Both the position numbers and the translations under genes were made by a program. DNA of 64,000 bases from Marsupella aquatica (Eukaryota; Plantae; Marchantiophyta): the NCBI GenBank assembly GCA_973895155.1, contig OZ316895.1:3025659-3089658 (forward strand), in the 5' to 3' direction. Shown here one piece after another: positions 22,501-34,620 of the stretch; the first letter of the stretch is position 1, and each line of letters starts with the position of its first letter. The notes beneath the pieces were generated by a model. It had not been told where the DNA came from. It did no database searches and saw only the letters and a list, made by a program, of their open reading frames with translations.

Positions 22501-23606
22501 TAAAGTCTTGGGTGCACCAACCCGCTCGACCAGAGGGAAGTATGGCAACAGGGTATATTATGTCAGAGTGTCTGTTCTACTCAAGCGGGGTGATAGGGAG
22601 TTTGGACACACAAGCTCCCATAGCTTGGGAAGAGGCACAAGATGATGACAATGGTGGGTTGCGAGTGATGGGCGCATCAAAGAAGCGATCATTACATGAT
22701 GACATTTTTCACCGACAGATCCACAATTATGTGTTGGAGAACTGCACCGAGATGTCAGATTGGAGAGAGTTGTATAGGTAGGGACGTAATCCTTCATGAA
22801 CTGAGTCCTACTTAGATTTGAAATGTACATTCAAGGTGGTTGGCACAAATTGGGATATGTGACCCAGTACTTGCAGGGCATGGGTGGAGCAGCAACGGAT
22901 AGGGGCAGCACAAGAGCGTGTTCATGCATCATTTTGCATATGGGCCTTGGAGTGCATGGAGGGGCTCCTTGCAATGCATGGCCCTACATTCATTCCCATT
23001 GATGTACAAAACATCATTAGGGGGCCTTCGATGTGGGCTATGAGTCATACTCACATGTATGAGTCAGGGCACCACTTTCGGACTTGGAGGACGGACCATA
23101 TGAAGAAGAGTACTTGTAACTCTGGAGTATATATGGTGCCCGATGTCGGTGATGTTGAGGTTCCTTATTGTGGCATTGTCTTGGATATTTTGGATGTTAA
23201 TTTTGGCTCATTTACCACCACGGTGTTAGAGGTGAGGTGGCACAAGTCCATCATGTCACCTCCAGCAAGAGCTACCATGGTGAAGGATGAGTGTGGATTT
23301 TATCGTGTGGACACGACCCGTGTTGCACCAAGCGGGACTGAGTTTAGTGACACTATAGTTTTTCCTAGCCAAGTGGATCAATGCATTATGGTTCCGATGC
23401 ACAGCATGGGAGGATGGTCCATTGTGATTCCCATCTTTCCACGCCGCAGGAAGGGCTTCATGCCATCAGCTATTGCAGACGATGAGGATTGTCATGATAG
23501 ACTCACTATCCCCATTTGTATTGACTGTTGTCATGGTTTGCATATAAACAGACATATTTCATGGCCTAGGCATCTGTCAATTTGGAGAGTGGGATGGGCT
23601 TGTTAA
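18042..23606 (+). pseudogene. TnpD/Tnp2-type CACTA DDE transposase (Transpos_assoc, Transposase_21, DUF4218 and DUF4216-like regions), multi-exon, with two frameshifts
   Basis: Exons about 18042-18605, 19664-20011, 20120-20427, 20757-21266, 21366-21679, 21777-22205, 22292-22777 and 22877 onward. Motifs IHMCPSGCILY, RYFPITPRL, SPAWKHID, RNIRLGLAIDG, TDGPG, DPMHIEVNV, GLKSHDYH, FPPCIFDMQLHLLCHL, WMYWVERFMKVLK, FPSQVDQC. Frameshifts at about 19971 and about 21128. Confidence 0.9.
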
Positions 23607-24142
23607 TCACTTGGTAAAGAAACAAGTAATAACCATACATTTATGGACATGATCCCTCGGCCTTCTACTACAAGGGATAATTGTCATTAACATCGTCCGA
23701 AACAATGCACGTCGATACCAAATTCTCTAACATCGTTTATAGCTACGCACATTTGACGTAATGGTAGTTAACGTCGTGTACCGAACCATCAGTCAACGTT
23801 ATAAGGGTTTATTAACGTCCTTCTATACGTCGTAACACGGTGAAAATGACGTTCTTAACGATGTATGGCGCGACAAAAATATATTACCTCGAGTAGAACG
23901 ACGTTAATAATTAGATACGACGGTTCAGTCAACGTACTAAATTTTCTTCGATGTTAATCACAGGCAAAAGATACAACATTCAAACCACACAATTGTTGCG
24001 ACAAATAGCACTCATGGATGTGTTTATTGCTGCACATAGACCAAATAGAGATACACCATAGCTCTACCATCCTTTCTACTGGAAATGTAGCCTACATGAG
24101 TCATGGTCATCCCTCTACACCCTCCCTCCAGACTGATGTTGA

Positions 24143-24706
24143 TTAAGGAGTCCCTTCTCCAGACCAGTAGTACTCCTCGTCTGCTTTCCTCTTCTTGTAC
24201 GAAGCATGCCTTTGGCTGGCATTCCAATTCTTCCGCACAACAGCTTCACTGGCCTGTAGCCTCTGAGCCTCCACCTCGGCTGCACAACTTTCCTTGTAAT
24301 CAAACATAGCAATCTGAAGTTCAGTGGGTGACAGGTCACATTTAGACAAGGTGGGAGGGTAGGCCTCACCATCATCATCCTCGGGCGAATCTTCCAGACC
24401 ACGATCACTGCTCGGATGCAACAAGAACTCTCCTGGATCCAACTGCTTGTTGGCAAGAATGGAGCACTCTACCCACCGAGTAGAGATGAAGGGCACGGTT
24501 TCAGCGAAATGCTCGATCAAGCCAGCATAGTCACTAAAGTGCTGGACCACAACCTGTTTCCACGTATTTGCAATCAAGAAATCGGTCTGTGAGGTACATA
24601 GCTTGTCAACAAGCCCTCCATGGCAAAAGAACCCTCGAACCATCTTCTCCTCCTCACCAAGTGGGAGGAAACAACAATGCACATTTGCAAAGAACTTCCG
24701 CACCAT
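24143..24706 (-). CDS. BRCT-domain protein (187 aa) carried inside the CACTA element
   Basis: BRCT pattern FANVHCCFL...FFCHGGLV...TDFLIA...FISTRWVECSILANKQLDPGEFLL (beta1, GG turn, WxxxS helix), followed by an acidic linker, a helix and a KKRK NLS-like motif; intact ATG to TAA; lies between the TIRs. Confidence 0.75.
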   Translation of the reverse strand: MVRKFFANVHCCFLPLGEEEKMVRGFFCHGGLVDKLCTSQTDFLIANTWKQVVVQHFSDYAGLIEHFAETVPFISTRWVECSILANKQLDPGEFLLHPSSDRGLEDSPEDDDGEAYPPTLSKCDLSPTELQIAMFDYKESCAAEVEAQRLQASEAVVRKNWNASQRHASYKKRKADEEYYWSGEGTP

Positions 24707-24834
24707 AGCTGAAGTCTTTGCCTCCCACGGTTCAACTTCTCTACACTGAGGACCTTTGATGTCTTCACTCGGGAATGTTGGCTATAGTGAGCCTCCTGCC
24801 TATAGTTCAATCTGTCCTCCGCTGATATGTGGAA

Positions 24835-25160
24835 ATAACGTCGTTTTTCCCGATGCACGTATGGTATTCTATGATGACGCATCTGCAGATACGTCGTTCC
24901 AAACGCCTAAACTTAAGAACGTCGTCCTATACATCGTTCTAGTTTACGTCTTCCAGGAACAGGTAAATTACCACGTCTAGTACGACGTAATGTAAGGTAC
25001 AACGTGATATACGAGGTAACTTACCGTGTCTTAAAGGACGTAAAGTTAACGTCACACAAGTCAACGTTATCTGATCCCGTCAGAACTCCTGACGACATCC
25101 GACAACAGTCCGGAACTTAACGACGTATAGTCCGTCGTAAATGGAAGGAACGTCGTCTTG
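24835..25160. repeat. Right subterminal cluster of ACGACGT/ACGTCGT motifs
   Basis: aacgtcgtt about 24837, tacgtcgtt about 24890, aacgtcgtc about 24918, tacgacgtaa about 24981, aacgacgta about 25119, aacgtcgtc about 25149. Confidence 0.85.
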
Positions 25161-26412
25161 GGTTAGGTTAAACCTGGTCCCGAAATACGAAAATGTAGTT
25201 GTGGAGCTTCAAACAAGCTCTAGGGCAGGAGCTTAAAACCACTAAGAGGGGGTGAATTTCTTCAAAAAGTGGCACTTTGGTTAACTAAGGCAATTACATC
25301 GAAATAAGAATACACAACAAAAATCTCAATAAAACAAAAAAAGACCTGAGTAATCTTCCAAACAGGTTAACACCACACAAATATGCTCGACATGGTGGAA
25401 CTCATTTCACCTTCTTGTCTTGCAGCAATCAAAACACAATTTTGCTATATCTTATTAATGAGCTATAGTTAAAATAACATTTACATAAATTGGCTATAAT
25501 TATCCTGGAACTGATGTGGACCTGTGGACGGGCAGAGGTAGCCAGGGGGAGAAGGGGAGGCACTGGGAATGGAGGTCAGGAAAGAGGAGCCCAAAGTGAC
25601 AAGAAGGTAGGAGATTCAGGGAATAATTAGCTCAAGGACCCCTCGGTTATGTAAGTTTGTTTTATTCAACTGTTTTGAGCCACAAAGAGTTGTACATTGG
25701 AATAGATAGATTAGAGCACATCACTGGATTCTGTCACAAAGAGTAACTTGTATGATTGTGGAAACAAACATTCATAACTATTTGTGTTTTCTCTCTCTTT
25801 TAACCGTTTCCCTCCTTCTTCCTTTCTTTCCAGGCATCCCCACACAAGGGAGGGCATGCACAGACTATAAGGGAGATCCTTGTGCTAGGCAAGGGAGGTG
25901 CCAAGGGTTAAGAGGAGTTTTGGCAAACTTTGAAAACTAGGAAAAAGAGGCAATAAGGAATAGACCAATATTACTTCTCACCTAAAATATAAGATAAATG
26001 AGATTTTGGAGAGATTGAATATTGTAAATGAGTTTTAGATATCAATACATATAAATTGTGCCCTCTTGATTTTAAAACAAAAATATAATATACTACCAAT
26101 ACGTAAGAAAAATTGAGCTGGACCACATACTAGTTCTGGATTGTCCAAGTCAGAGGTTAAGATGACCGAGTCTTTTGGGAGGCTTTTGAATGGGTAATGT
26201 GTAAGGTCTGGTTAGAGGGCATTGTGGGATATAATGTCCCCAAAATGAGGGATTTTGCCCAAGTTTCAAGGGACATTATATATGGCCCATAATTTTCACT
26301 TTCAAAACATTAACTAATATGAAGACTTGAGAGAGTCTTGGAAAGAAACCAAAAAAGTCCCTAAAATTAAGGCCATGCAATGGAGCATGCAATGGTGTGT
26401 ACAAAGAAAATA

Positions 26413-27360
26413 CAGCAAAATATTTCATGGGGCCCCTCTAGCTAAAGATATTCCTGACGAGCCCCTAACTTTTCAAATATACTTAATGGGGCCCCTCTCA
26501 CTTGCAAAAGTTTTGAAATACTTCTGCAAGGGAAGGTACGTAATTTTTGCTCTCTTGCGTTTTTTTCTCTCAATTTTTTGGAAATTACTCATACCTGAAA
26601 TTATTTCCCCAGGGCATAGTCTTACCTGAACTTTAGGAAGGTGAACCAATGGTTTTGGGTGCTATCTGGGTGCTATTTTATAACAGTTGTTTTTTGCAAA
26701 TAAATCATGTGGGACTTAAACAATTCTTTGATACTATGTTTCCAAATTTGATTTTGGAAATATTCACCTTAGACATGAGCATTTCCTTGGTGTCATTTTT
26801 GTGATTTATTTTTTAGATGTGAACACCTACAGTAGGTAGAGTATTTCAGGCAATTTCCGCAATGCCACTTAAACAACAATTTTCATTCTTTAGCTTAGTA
26901 CACAAGGCATTAATTGAATTCACAAGGCATCAATTGAATTCATAAAATTGAGCATATAGTATGCACATAGTGGCAGGCATATACAGAACAGAGTACATTG
27001 AAAATTGCTTCTGGAGAATATATCTAATACGTAGATAACTGGGGACTGACTTAGATAATTGTACCGCCATGTTACAATTAAAAAATGGAAAAATAATAAC
27101 AGGATGCACATAGAACCAGGCAGTGTACAAAAAAGAGTACATTGAAAATTGCTTCTAGAGAGTATATCTGATACTTAGATAACTGGGGACTGACTTAGCT
27201 AATTGTACCGTCATGTTACAATTAAAAAATGGAAAAGATAATAACAGGTCCTAAGAAAGGGTTTCGGGGACAAGGGGCCCCCACTAAGGATATTTGAAAA
27301 GTTAGGGGCTCATCAGTCCCAATGTCTTTAGGTAGAGGGGCCCCATCAAGTATTCTGCTG
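26413..27360. mobile_element. Non-autonomous TIR element (hAT-like MITE) with about 90-bp imperfect inverted ends
   Basis: Left cagcaaaatatttcatggggcccctcta...gagcccctaacttttcaaatat; right atatttgaaaagttaggggctc...tagaggggccccatcaagtattctgctg; flanks agaaaata/agacaaaa (6 of 8 match); internal duplication of about 145 bp (26980-27250). Confidence 0.65.
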
Positions 27361-29685
27361 AGACAAAATTATTTTTTTATTTTTTTCCAAACTGAGACCA
27401 AATAAGTTAAAATGCAAGGATTTTGGATCATGAAAAGATTTGCTGGCAAATTTGTGTGTTGTGATAATTTGCTTTTTGTTTCATATGAGAATCGTTCTGT
27501 ACTTTAATTGAGCTGGAGCATCTGCTTGGATTGATAGGCCATTGTACCATTCCCTCCTTGAAGCAAGGTGTGTATTGGAGACACAAAATGCCCTAAAAAA
27601 TACAAAGCCAAACCTTGTGAAGTCTTTACAGATATAGTAAATGTCCTGCTTACACAGCATTATGGGATATAATAGGGAGTCTCAAAGCTGACATTGATGG
27701 ACCTTAAGTTAAGGACACCAAAAGTTATGGACACACCCAAATTCATAGTCCATAAGTTTTTGCCATAAGGATTGGTCATATTATGCCATTACCATTATAG
27801 GTAGAGGCTCGTGAAAGAAAAAAACAAAAAATCTTTTACATAACCTCATGAAAAAGTTATGATCATTCCTTCATGGCTGAATATCATCCATAGTTTGTCG
27901 GCTCTGAGATGCCGTGTTCTTGAGTTTTGAGGGGCTATTATTCCGTGATGCTTTTGGAAACAGGACCTGGCTTGATAAACTTAAAGGCCTGATAGATTTT
28001 TACTTTCACTAATTTTAGTATAAGTAGGGGAGACTGCCCTCCAGAGGTGATTCAAATCTTGACCTGCAGGCATTATTCACCAATAATTAAGTAAATGCAA
28101 ATCTCTTCAATGTAGGAGCCAAGGTCTGGAAATGTTTGGACCGGCCCTCTCTAGGCAATGTAAATTTCTAGACAAATAAGCAGTCCTCATCAGCATTCAC
28201 TTGGGCCCACTGCTTGCCATGAAGAATTGGTACACATCATTACTAAATGACCCCAGGGTCTTGTACTTGCAACATATATAGCTGTTTCCACTCATTAAAT
28301 TGTTGTAATTTCAATCTTAGAGGAAGAAAAAGAAGAAATTTCTTCCCACCCCCACCCCCCTTGACCAAAAAAAAAACCTCTTGTATAGCCTCTCTAAGAT
28401 CCTGTAATGGGGCTTAAGATGGAAACACCCAACACTGTTTCCACTCTTTACACCATCCACATTTAATCTTAGAGAGAATGAAAAGAAGCGAGAAAAGAAG
28501 TAATGGCCCCTCACTGTTGTAAAGCCATCCTGAGGTCATATAAACCTTGTCAATTCATCATACAATCCAAATATATTCTCATTCAAAATAAAGGAAGGGG
28601 AAAAGCAAGCTATGGGCCCATGTCCACTATAAGGTGGACCTACCATAGTTACATGGCAAAACCAAAGACTTAGTCCCTGAGTTCAATCCCCCTCTACACG
28701 CAAGGGGGTGGAGTACATGTGTAAGTGAAGTGGGTGGGGTGTAGTGGTGGGAGTGCTGGTTTCTCTTTGGCCCCTAGCTGGCCACTTTGGGGCCTAGTTC
28801 AACCCTCTCTCCCTCGGGGTATGGGTCCCTGTAGGACCCCTTGATATGACCACTTGTGGTTATTGTACATAGGTGCATGCTCCAAAATAGATCTTTATTC
28901 GATCTGTGTTGGATGGGTGTTTGCTTTTTGGTTTCAAGGCAAAGCAAATACTTAATTAAGCTGCATGGGTGTTGCTTATTGATTTCAAGGCAAAGAAAGA
29001 CTCAACTAATCTCAGAGGGAACAAAAAGAAGCAATCAAAAAGCAAATCTATATAACTGCAAAGAAACAAAAATGCCAAACCAGGAGACATGATCCCAAAC
29101 TAAGGCAAAAAACTCAATAAGGGGGAAAACAAAGGAGAAACCTGGGAAAACGCAAGAACCAAAAGCCAAAGGGCCAAATAGCAAAAAAAGCCCACATGGC
29201 TAAAGAAGAAAAACCCCGGCAAAGGGCCAAAGAACAGGAGCCCTACTGAGCCACATACTTGAATGCTTGGTACAGCTCCAGGGTGAACATCACAGGAGGG
29301 TCACGAAGGGGAATTTGAATGGAAGCCCTAAATCCAACATCCTTAGCCCACGGAAGGATGGTGAAGGCCTGAGCCCGCTAGAGAGTGAATAAGAATGAAA
29401 TGAACTCAACCTCTTGTAAAGCCTGTATTGTACAGTATGGCATCTCAAATATTTTTTAAAAATTGAACCTTGTGGACAGCCCACAACGCACTTGGGTGCC
29501 CCGCAACAGAGTATAACCGGGCCATCATCTACTAGGGTAGTCAAATATGAGTGGGGTTACGATTCTCAGGTGTGATTGGTTGGGCCTCACATTTGGTCCC
29601 CGACCAGTCCTTCCTGCTGCCCAACCCACAACACTCCCAAGTGTGGTCGCATGTGAAAATTGACCAATTTTGAGATGCCCTAATA

Positions 29686-30156
29686 GGGCGTCTCAAAGCT
29701 GGGTCATTAGTGAAAGTTACAGTTTTGTGGTATATCCCATAACTCTGGTTATGGAACGCAGTTATGGAATTTTAAAAATGGGGGGAGGTAGCATTGACCC
29801 GCCCCATAAGGAAGGAGTGATGGTCTCACCTGTCTCATAGCCTATATGTTTTCCCTCCATTCTTGATCAGCCGCCACCTCAAATGCAGCAGCCATCACCG
29901 CGTCAGGCACAAAGTCCATGTGACTTCAATATCGGTCTTCCAGAGTTCCGGATTTGCGCCCAAAGTTGTGGGAAAGTTATGGGTCAACGTTCAGCTAGCG
30001 GGCTTTCCTTAAAATAGCTGAAAATCAGCTCCCATAACTTTTAGGCTTTCCTCAAGGTAACTAATAAACTCCCATAACATTTCCTGGAGTTCCAGTAATA
30101 GTACAATTATGATTATCTTGTTAAGGTAGGGTATTGGGCTAGGCTTTGAGATGCCC
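29686..30156. mobile_element. Tourist/PIF-Harbinger-like MITE
   Basis: TIRs gggcgtctcaaagc / gctttgagatgccc flanked by TA; related ends at about 27676, 29669-29680 and 34700-34713, and an inverted copy ending at 61384. Confidence 0.65.
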
Positions 30157-30439
30157 TAGTAAAGCCTGAAGTCAAAGACACACAGATGCCAAAACCTAAG
30201 ACGGTGAGGTGTTCAGTGTGCAAAATATAATAGTGGTCAACTTATTAGTATCTATTCATCCTATTGTTCACGGGATTGCAGTTCCCAGAATCCCAAAATG
30301 ATTCCCATGAGATTCATTTTGGTCAATAATGATTGTGATGTGCTAGTATCAGCACGTGGCGTTGACCGCATTCTTGTCGATCAATGAACGACTGGGTTTT
30401 TTATTCACTAAATTCAGTTTAGATTCCGTAGACTGGATT

Positions 30440-33400
30440 TTGTCTCCCATTTCTCGTTATCTCATTCATTTCCATCGCCCATACGGCACAGTACAATCCA
30501 GGCACGCACTGCTGATGAAGGCCTTTCGATTCAGTTCACAACTCTGCTCCGCACCCGGGAGAAATCGTTGAATTCCGCACTGCACAGTACGAATCCGAAG
30601 CAGTCGATTGCGACCGAGAAAAGTGCAAGGGGCAATAATTGGGAAGTGTTGGAACGGAATGGAGTGATTTATTGGGCACTTCTTGCTCTGGACATCGGAA
30701 TGGCTGCAGTTCTGTCTATGAGCTGTCCTCCTTGCTTGCTCAGCGCCAGCCTCGGGCGAGCGAACATCCACCACAGTGTTCTCTCGAGAGCCCGTCCTCT
30801 CCAGCGGAAGAGCTTCATCAGAGAGTCGAAGAAGAAGAACCTTGCCCAGCAACAGCAGCTCCCATGTGCATTGCGAGTCGACACCGTTCCAGGAGAGACA
30901 GCCACAGCTGCATCTGAAGTGGAAGAATACGGTGTCTCGTACCGGCACAGTAATGGAGGTAGTGTCGTCTCGGTCGGGAAAGGCTGGACAGATGCTGAGG
31001 GAAACCTGGACGAGCGTTGGCTCGCCAAGTTCAGAGGACTTGCGGTCATTGCTGCAGACCGAGTGGAGACACACACAGTTCTTGCCGTCCAGCGGAGTAA
31101 TTGGAACCATCTCTTCCATCAGACAATCGTCATAGCTGCAGTGTCTGCTGCCACTGCGGCGGCCATCACTGGAGCTGAGCCGGGTCCCGGCCTCACGCTG
31201 CTGGCCACTTCCCTGAACCTCATCTGTGCTGCGTTCATGGCCCTCGTCAACAGTTTTCAGCCATCTCAGTTAGCCGAGGAGCAACGCAGGTGAATTCGTC
31301 TTCTCGTTGCCGGGACAAGAAACCATCACTGTGCTTGGTGTCTACCATCCGCCACCATCTTCCTCACTTTCTAAGATTAATCGTGAACTAGCTTACTCGT
31401 TTTCAATCGTCAGTAACCTTCGTCATTTTCTGCCTTTTCTCTCCTCAACTTCCTCAATTTTGTACCATCAGGCATCAACTTTCTGGCTTGTTTGAAGATA
31501 AGATGACAATGGCTGTGAGCTAATGCCTCCTGAACTCTACGGCGTGCAGAGCTGCAAGGTTTTTCAGGCGGTTAGGGACGGAAATCAAGTCCACTTTGGA
31601 GGTTGATCCAGCGATGAGAGAGGAGGCGTCCGAATGCTGGGAGGAAAAAGTTGGCACTCTCCATGTTCTCGATAGGACGTTCCCTCTCCCTCTAAGCCCC
31701 GGCGGACTAGAGAAGTTTCCCCGCTATGTAAGTGCTGTCTTGCTGGCTTTTATCGCATGCTTCAAATCTCACAACATTCATTCGTGTTCCTTACAGAGGC
31801 GGCTCTACTCATGACAAAAAACCTTCAATGTTCAGTCAGCAGGTCCTCGTGTCCCTCTTCACCGTCTTGAGGACTTGAACTAGAGCAATCGATCTGTTTC
31901 TCCAGCAGGGCCCTAGGATCAAATGCCATTCAGTCATCTGCTTCTCATAGTACGTTCTCTGGTTCGCTGACCTTCAACCTTCACCTTTCGTGGTCTACTC
32001 TTGACACTTCGTTGGTGTTGCTTCTCAACAGGTTGTCCCAGCGGAACTAAGTCCCCCAGCAGGTCCAGACGACCCCAGGGCTGAAGGAAGTGACTCCGGC
32101 AGCAGAAACCTTAGAAATTGCTGGGGGTGGACATACAAAACTGAGGATTATTTGAGAAAAACCATGGAGCTCATCCACACCAGGGACATTCCGCATCTAA
32201 TTAGCTGGGCTGAGAAGGCTAAACGTCTCAACCAGGTTATGGCGAGAGTGTCTCCATTTTTGGCAATCGCAGGGGCACTCTGTAGTATTGCAAACAGTTG
32301 TCCTGGCCTGCCTTTGTCACATGTCTCGTGGCTGGCTGCAGCTCTCACTGTAGGCGCTGTGTTCACCCACAGTGTGTCTCATGCTCTTCAACTGGGTAGT
32401 GCGTTTGAGCTGTACCGTAATTATGCTGGATACTACGAAGACATTGAAAGAGCAATCGAGAGGGCTCTACGCCTCCCAGCTCATCAGAGGGAGGACTGGG
32501 AGCTCTTCATCAAGAAGATCAACTTACGGCTGGGCCATAACCCAAATAAGGAAAACGTGACACAAAATGACCATAATCATGCAGGTAAGCTCTTCTAATT
32601 GTATCTATGAACTTGGATGAACAATTACACTGGGCATCACATCCCTCTCGGGGCGACCTTAATGATCAGCACATAAGTTGAGAGTGTTCTAGGTGCTGGG
32701 TCCGTGACCAAATGGGAAGTTACACATAGGTGAGTTCTCTCTATCCGTTTGTCTCAATACTCCGTTCACGGTTTCTCCCTAAAGAGGTGGCATAAGAATC
32801 TTGGAGTTGAACACGGTTTGGATCGAGAAGACAAGGGTTTAACAAATTGATCTCCAGACCTTTAACTGGTACTTGGAACTGCGGAAGAATGCTTCGGCAA
32901 GTGTCTTCTACTAACAGCTCCAGTAGCGATTAAGCTGTTACCGAATATCCTTGTCTCAGGTAGAACGCTACAGGCTATCTTCTACCTGGGGGGTTGTCCT
33001 GGCAAGGGATCACCTAGTCGGGTGTACAATAGATAGATACCAATGCAGACATACTACCTAGAACAAATTGTGCAAGATTGGTCTTCGACTCGACTCCACT
33101 ATATGAGGTTTATACCTTGGGACGAGCCTGCAAGAGAAACAACGAGAAAGTCCTGAGCCCAATATCCCTGTAGGGTATTTTTCGTGTAAAGAGTTTTATT
33201 GTATCACTTTCTACTTGTTATTGTCTTTCTCGTGAACTTTTGGTTCTGGTATTGAAATCCACGACTCTGAATTCTCTTATAGGGGATCGTGTTATGTGGT
33301 TGAAGTGGATTTTTTGTCTTTTCCTCTTTCTTTGAAGGGAAATGAACATTCACTTGTGTGGACTTACCCCTGACCTACCGCACATCAATGAACCGTTCAT

Positions 33401-33759
33401 CGAATTGGAATGGAAAGAACATGCATCTCTCTAACTACATCTCTGAGAGGTATAGGAAACGTGCCGACCAACTATTGTTACCTGCAAAGAATATGATCTT
33501 TGCCATTCCAATCAATTCTCTTCTGTGACTCTTGCCATAGGACATAACTCACTCCAAATGTGTCCGAGCCTATGGAGCTCTCATGCAGACATCTCAGCTC
33601 GGTGCAACTCACAACAGTACCCCCCTCCACAGCAGTCACCCCAGCTGGCCAACCAACCAATCCTACAACAATCTGGCACGCGTCGCTCAGTCCCTCTCCA
33701 TTGCTCCTTCAATTGTCTCTCTCGTCGTGTGTTTGCCACAAACTGACAGGAGTATAACC
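30440..33759 (+). repeat. Segmental duplication unit A (paralog at about 44235-47569)
   Basis: Near-identical sequence from cccatttctcgttatctcattc to gacaggagtataacc in both copies, introns included. Confidence 0.93.
30700..32598 (+). CDS. At4g22030-like / Petal-formation-expressed (PF14476 Chloroplast_duf) family protein, copy 1, 3 exons, intact
   Basis: Exons 30700-31289, 31550-31727 and 32032-32598 join in frame through GT-AG introns; family motifs ADRVETH...QRSNWNHL, NSFQPSQLAEEQRRAARFF, LDRTFPLPL.PGGLEKFP, FELYRNYAGYY; C-terminus AGKLF. Confidence 0.85.
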
Positions 33760-34229
33760 TAAAAATTGGGCTAATCCATGGAAAACAATTGGGCTCTCTA
33801 GTTTCCTGTTATAAGTTCCTGGTTTGGGTTTACTGTTTCGGGTTTTCTGTTTCCTGTCTTATGTAAATCTCCCATCATAGCCAATCTTTTGAGCAATGGC
33901 ATCTTTTATTCAAGAATAGTTTTTGTGCAAAGAGAAAAAAGAAAAGAAGAAAAGGTAACTTTTGTGGCTGCCGGAGCCAGTATTTTGCACAATGATATCT
34001 TTCACTCAACAAAAGTTTTTGTGCAATAATATATTTTAACAAATAATTTTTATTATTAACGATATGTTTTGCACCACAATCCCGACCACAATCTATTTCT
34101 CAACAATATCTTTAACCAAACATCTTTTATGCAACGCAAGGGGATTGAAAGGACAGCGACAGAATGGTCATCTTTGCTAAACCCTAAAACCTAGGTGAAC
34201 CCCAAACCTATAATATAACGTTGTGCAAA

Positions 34230-34620
34230 TTTTGACATCTTTTGTGCAATGCACGGGTATTTTTTGTCAACGATGTCTTGGTCGACACAACATCTTTTTT
34301 CTCAACAATGTCATGGATGACACAACATCTTTTTTCTCAATGACGTCTTGGCCGACATGACATTTTTTTCTCAACGGCGTCTTGGCCGACACGACATTTT
34401 TTTCTCAATGACTTCTGAGCTGACCCAACATCTCTTGTCTCAATGACTTCTTGGCGGACATGACATCTTTTTTCTCAACAACGTCTTGGCCAACACCCCA
34501 TCTTTTTTCTTAATGACTTCTTGGCGGACACAACATCTTTAATCTGAAAGACCTCTTGGCCGACATGACATCTTTTGTGCAATGCAAGGGTATTCCCTAG
34601 GCCCTCAGTCTTAACTAGTA
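34230..34620 (+). mobile_element. Repeat-array TE end, possibly a Helitron-like 3' terminus
   Basis: About 30-bp degenerate repeats (acatcttttttctcaaYgacgtcttggccgac) ending in tgtgcaatgcaagggtattccctag...actagt, which resembles a Helitron hairpin plus CTAG end; inverted relative to 1-790. Confidence 0.4.

Larger units (their letters stand above)
10514..25203 (+). mobile_element. Full-length CACTA/EnSpm (CMC superfamily) DNA transposon, 14,690 bp including a nested insertion
   Basis: Perfect 14-bp TIRs CACAACTACATTTT (10514-10527) and AAAATGTAGTTGTG (25190-25203); GA on both flanks (10512-10513, 25204-25205); internal Tnp2-type transposase and TnpA-like genes; subterminal ACGACGT repeats at both ends. 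Confidence 0.92.

Noticed and set aside
28660-28820. tRNA gene or tRNA-derived SINE (box A/B-like motifs; similar at about 51218-51265)
   Set aside because: No cloverleaf, TSD or tail could be established.
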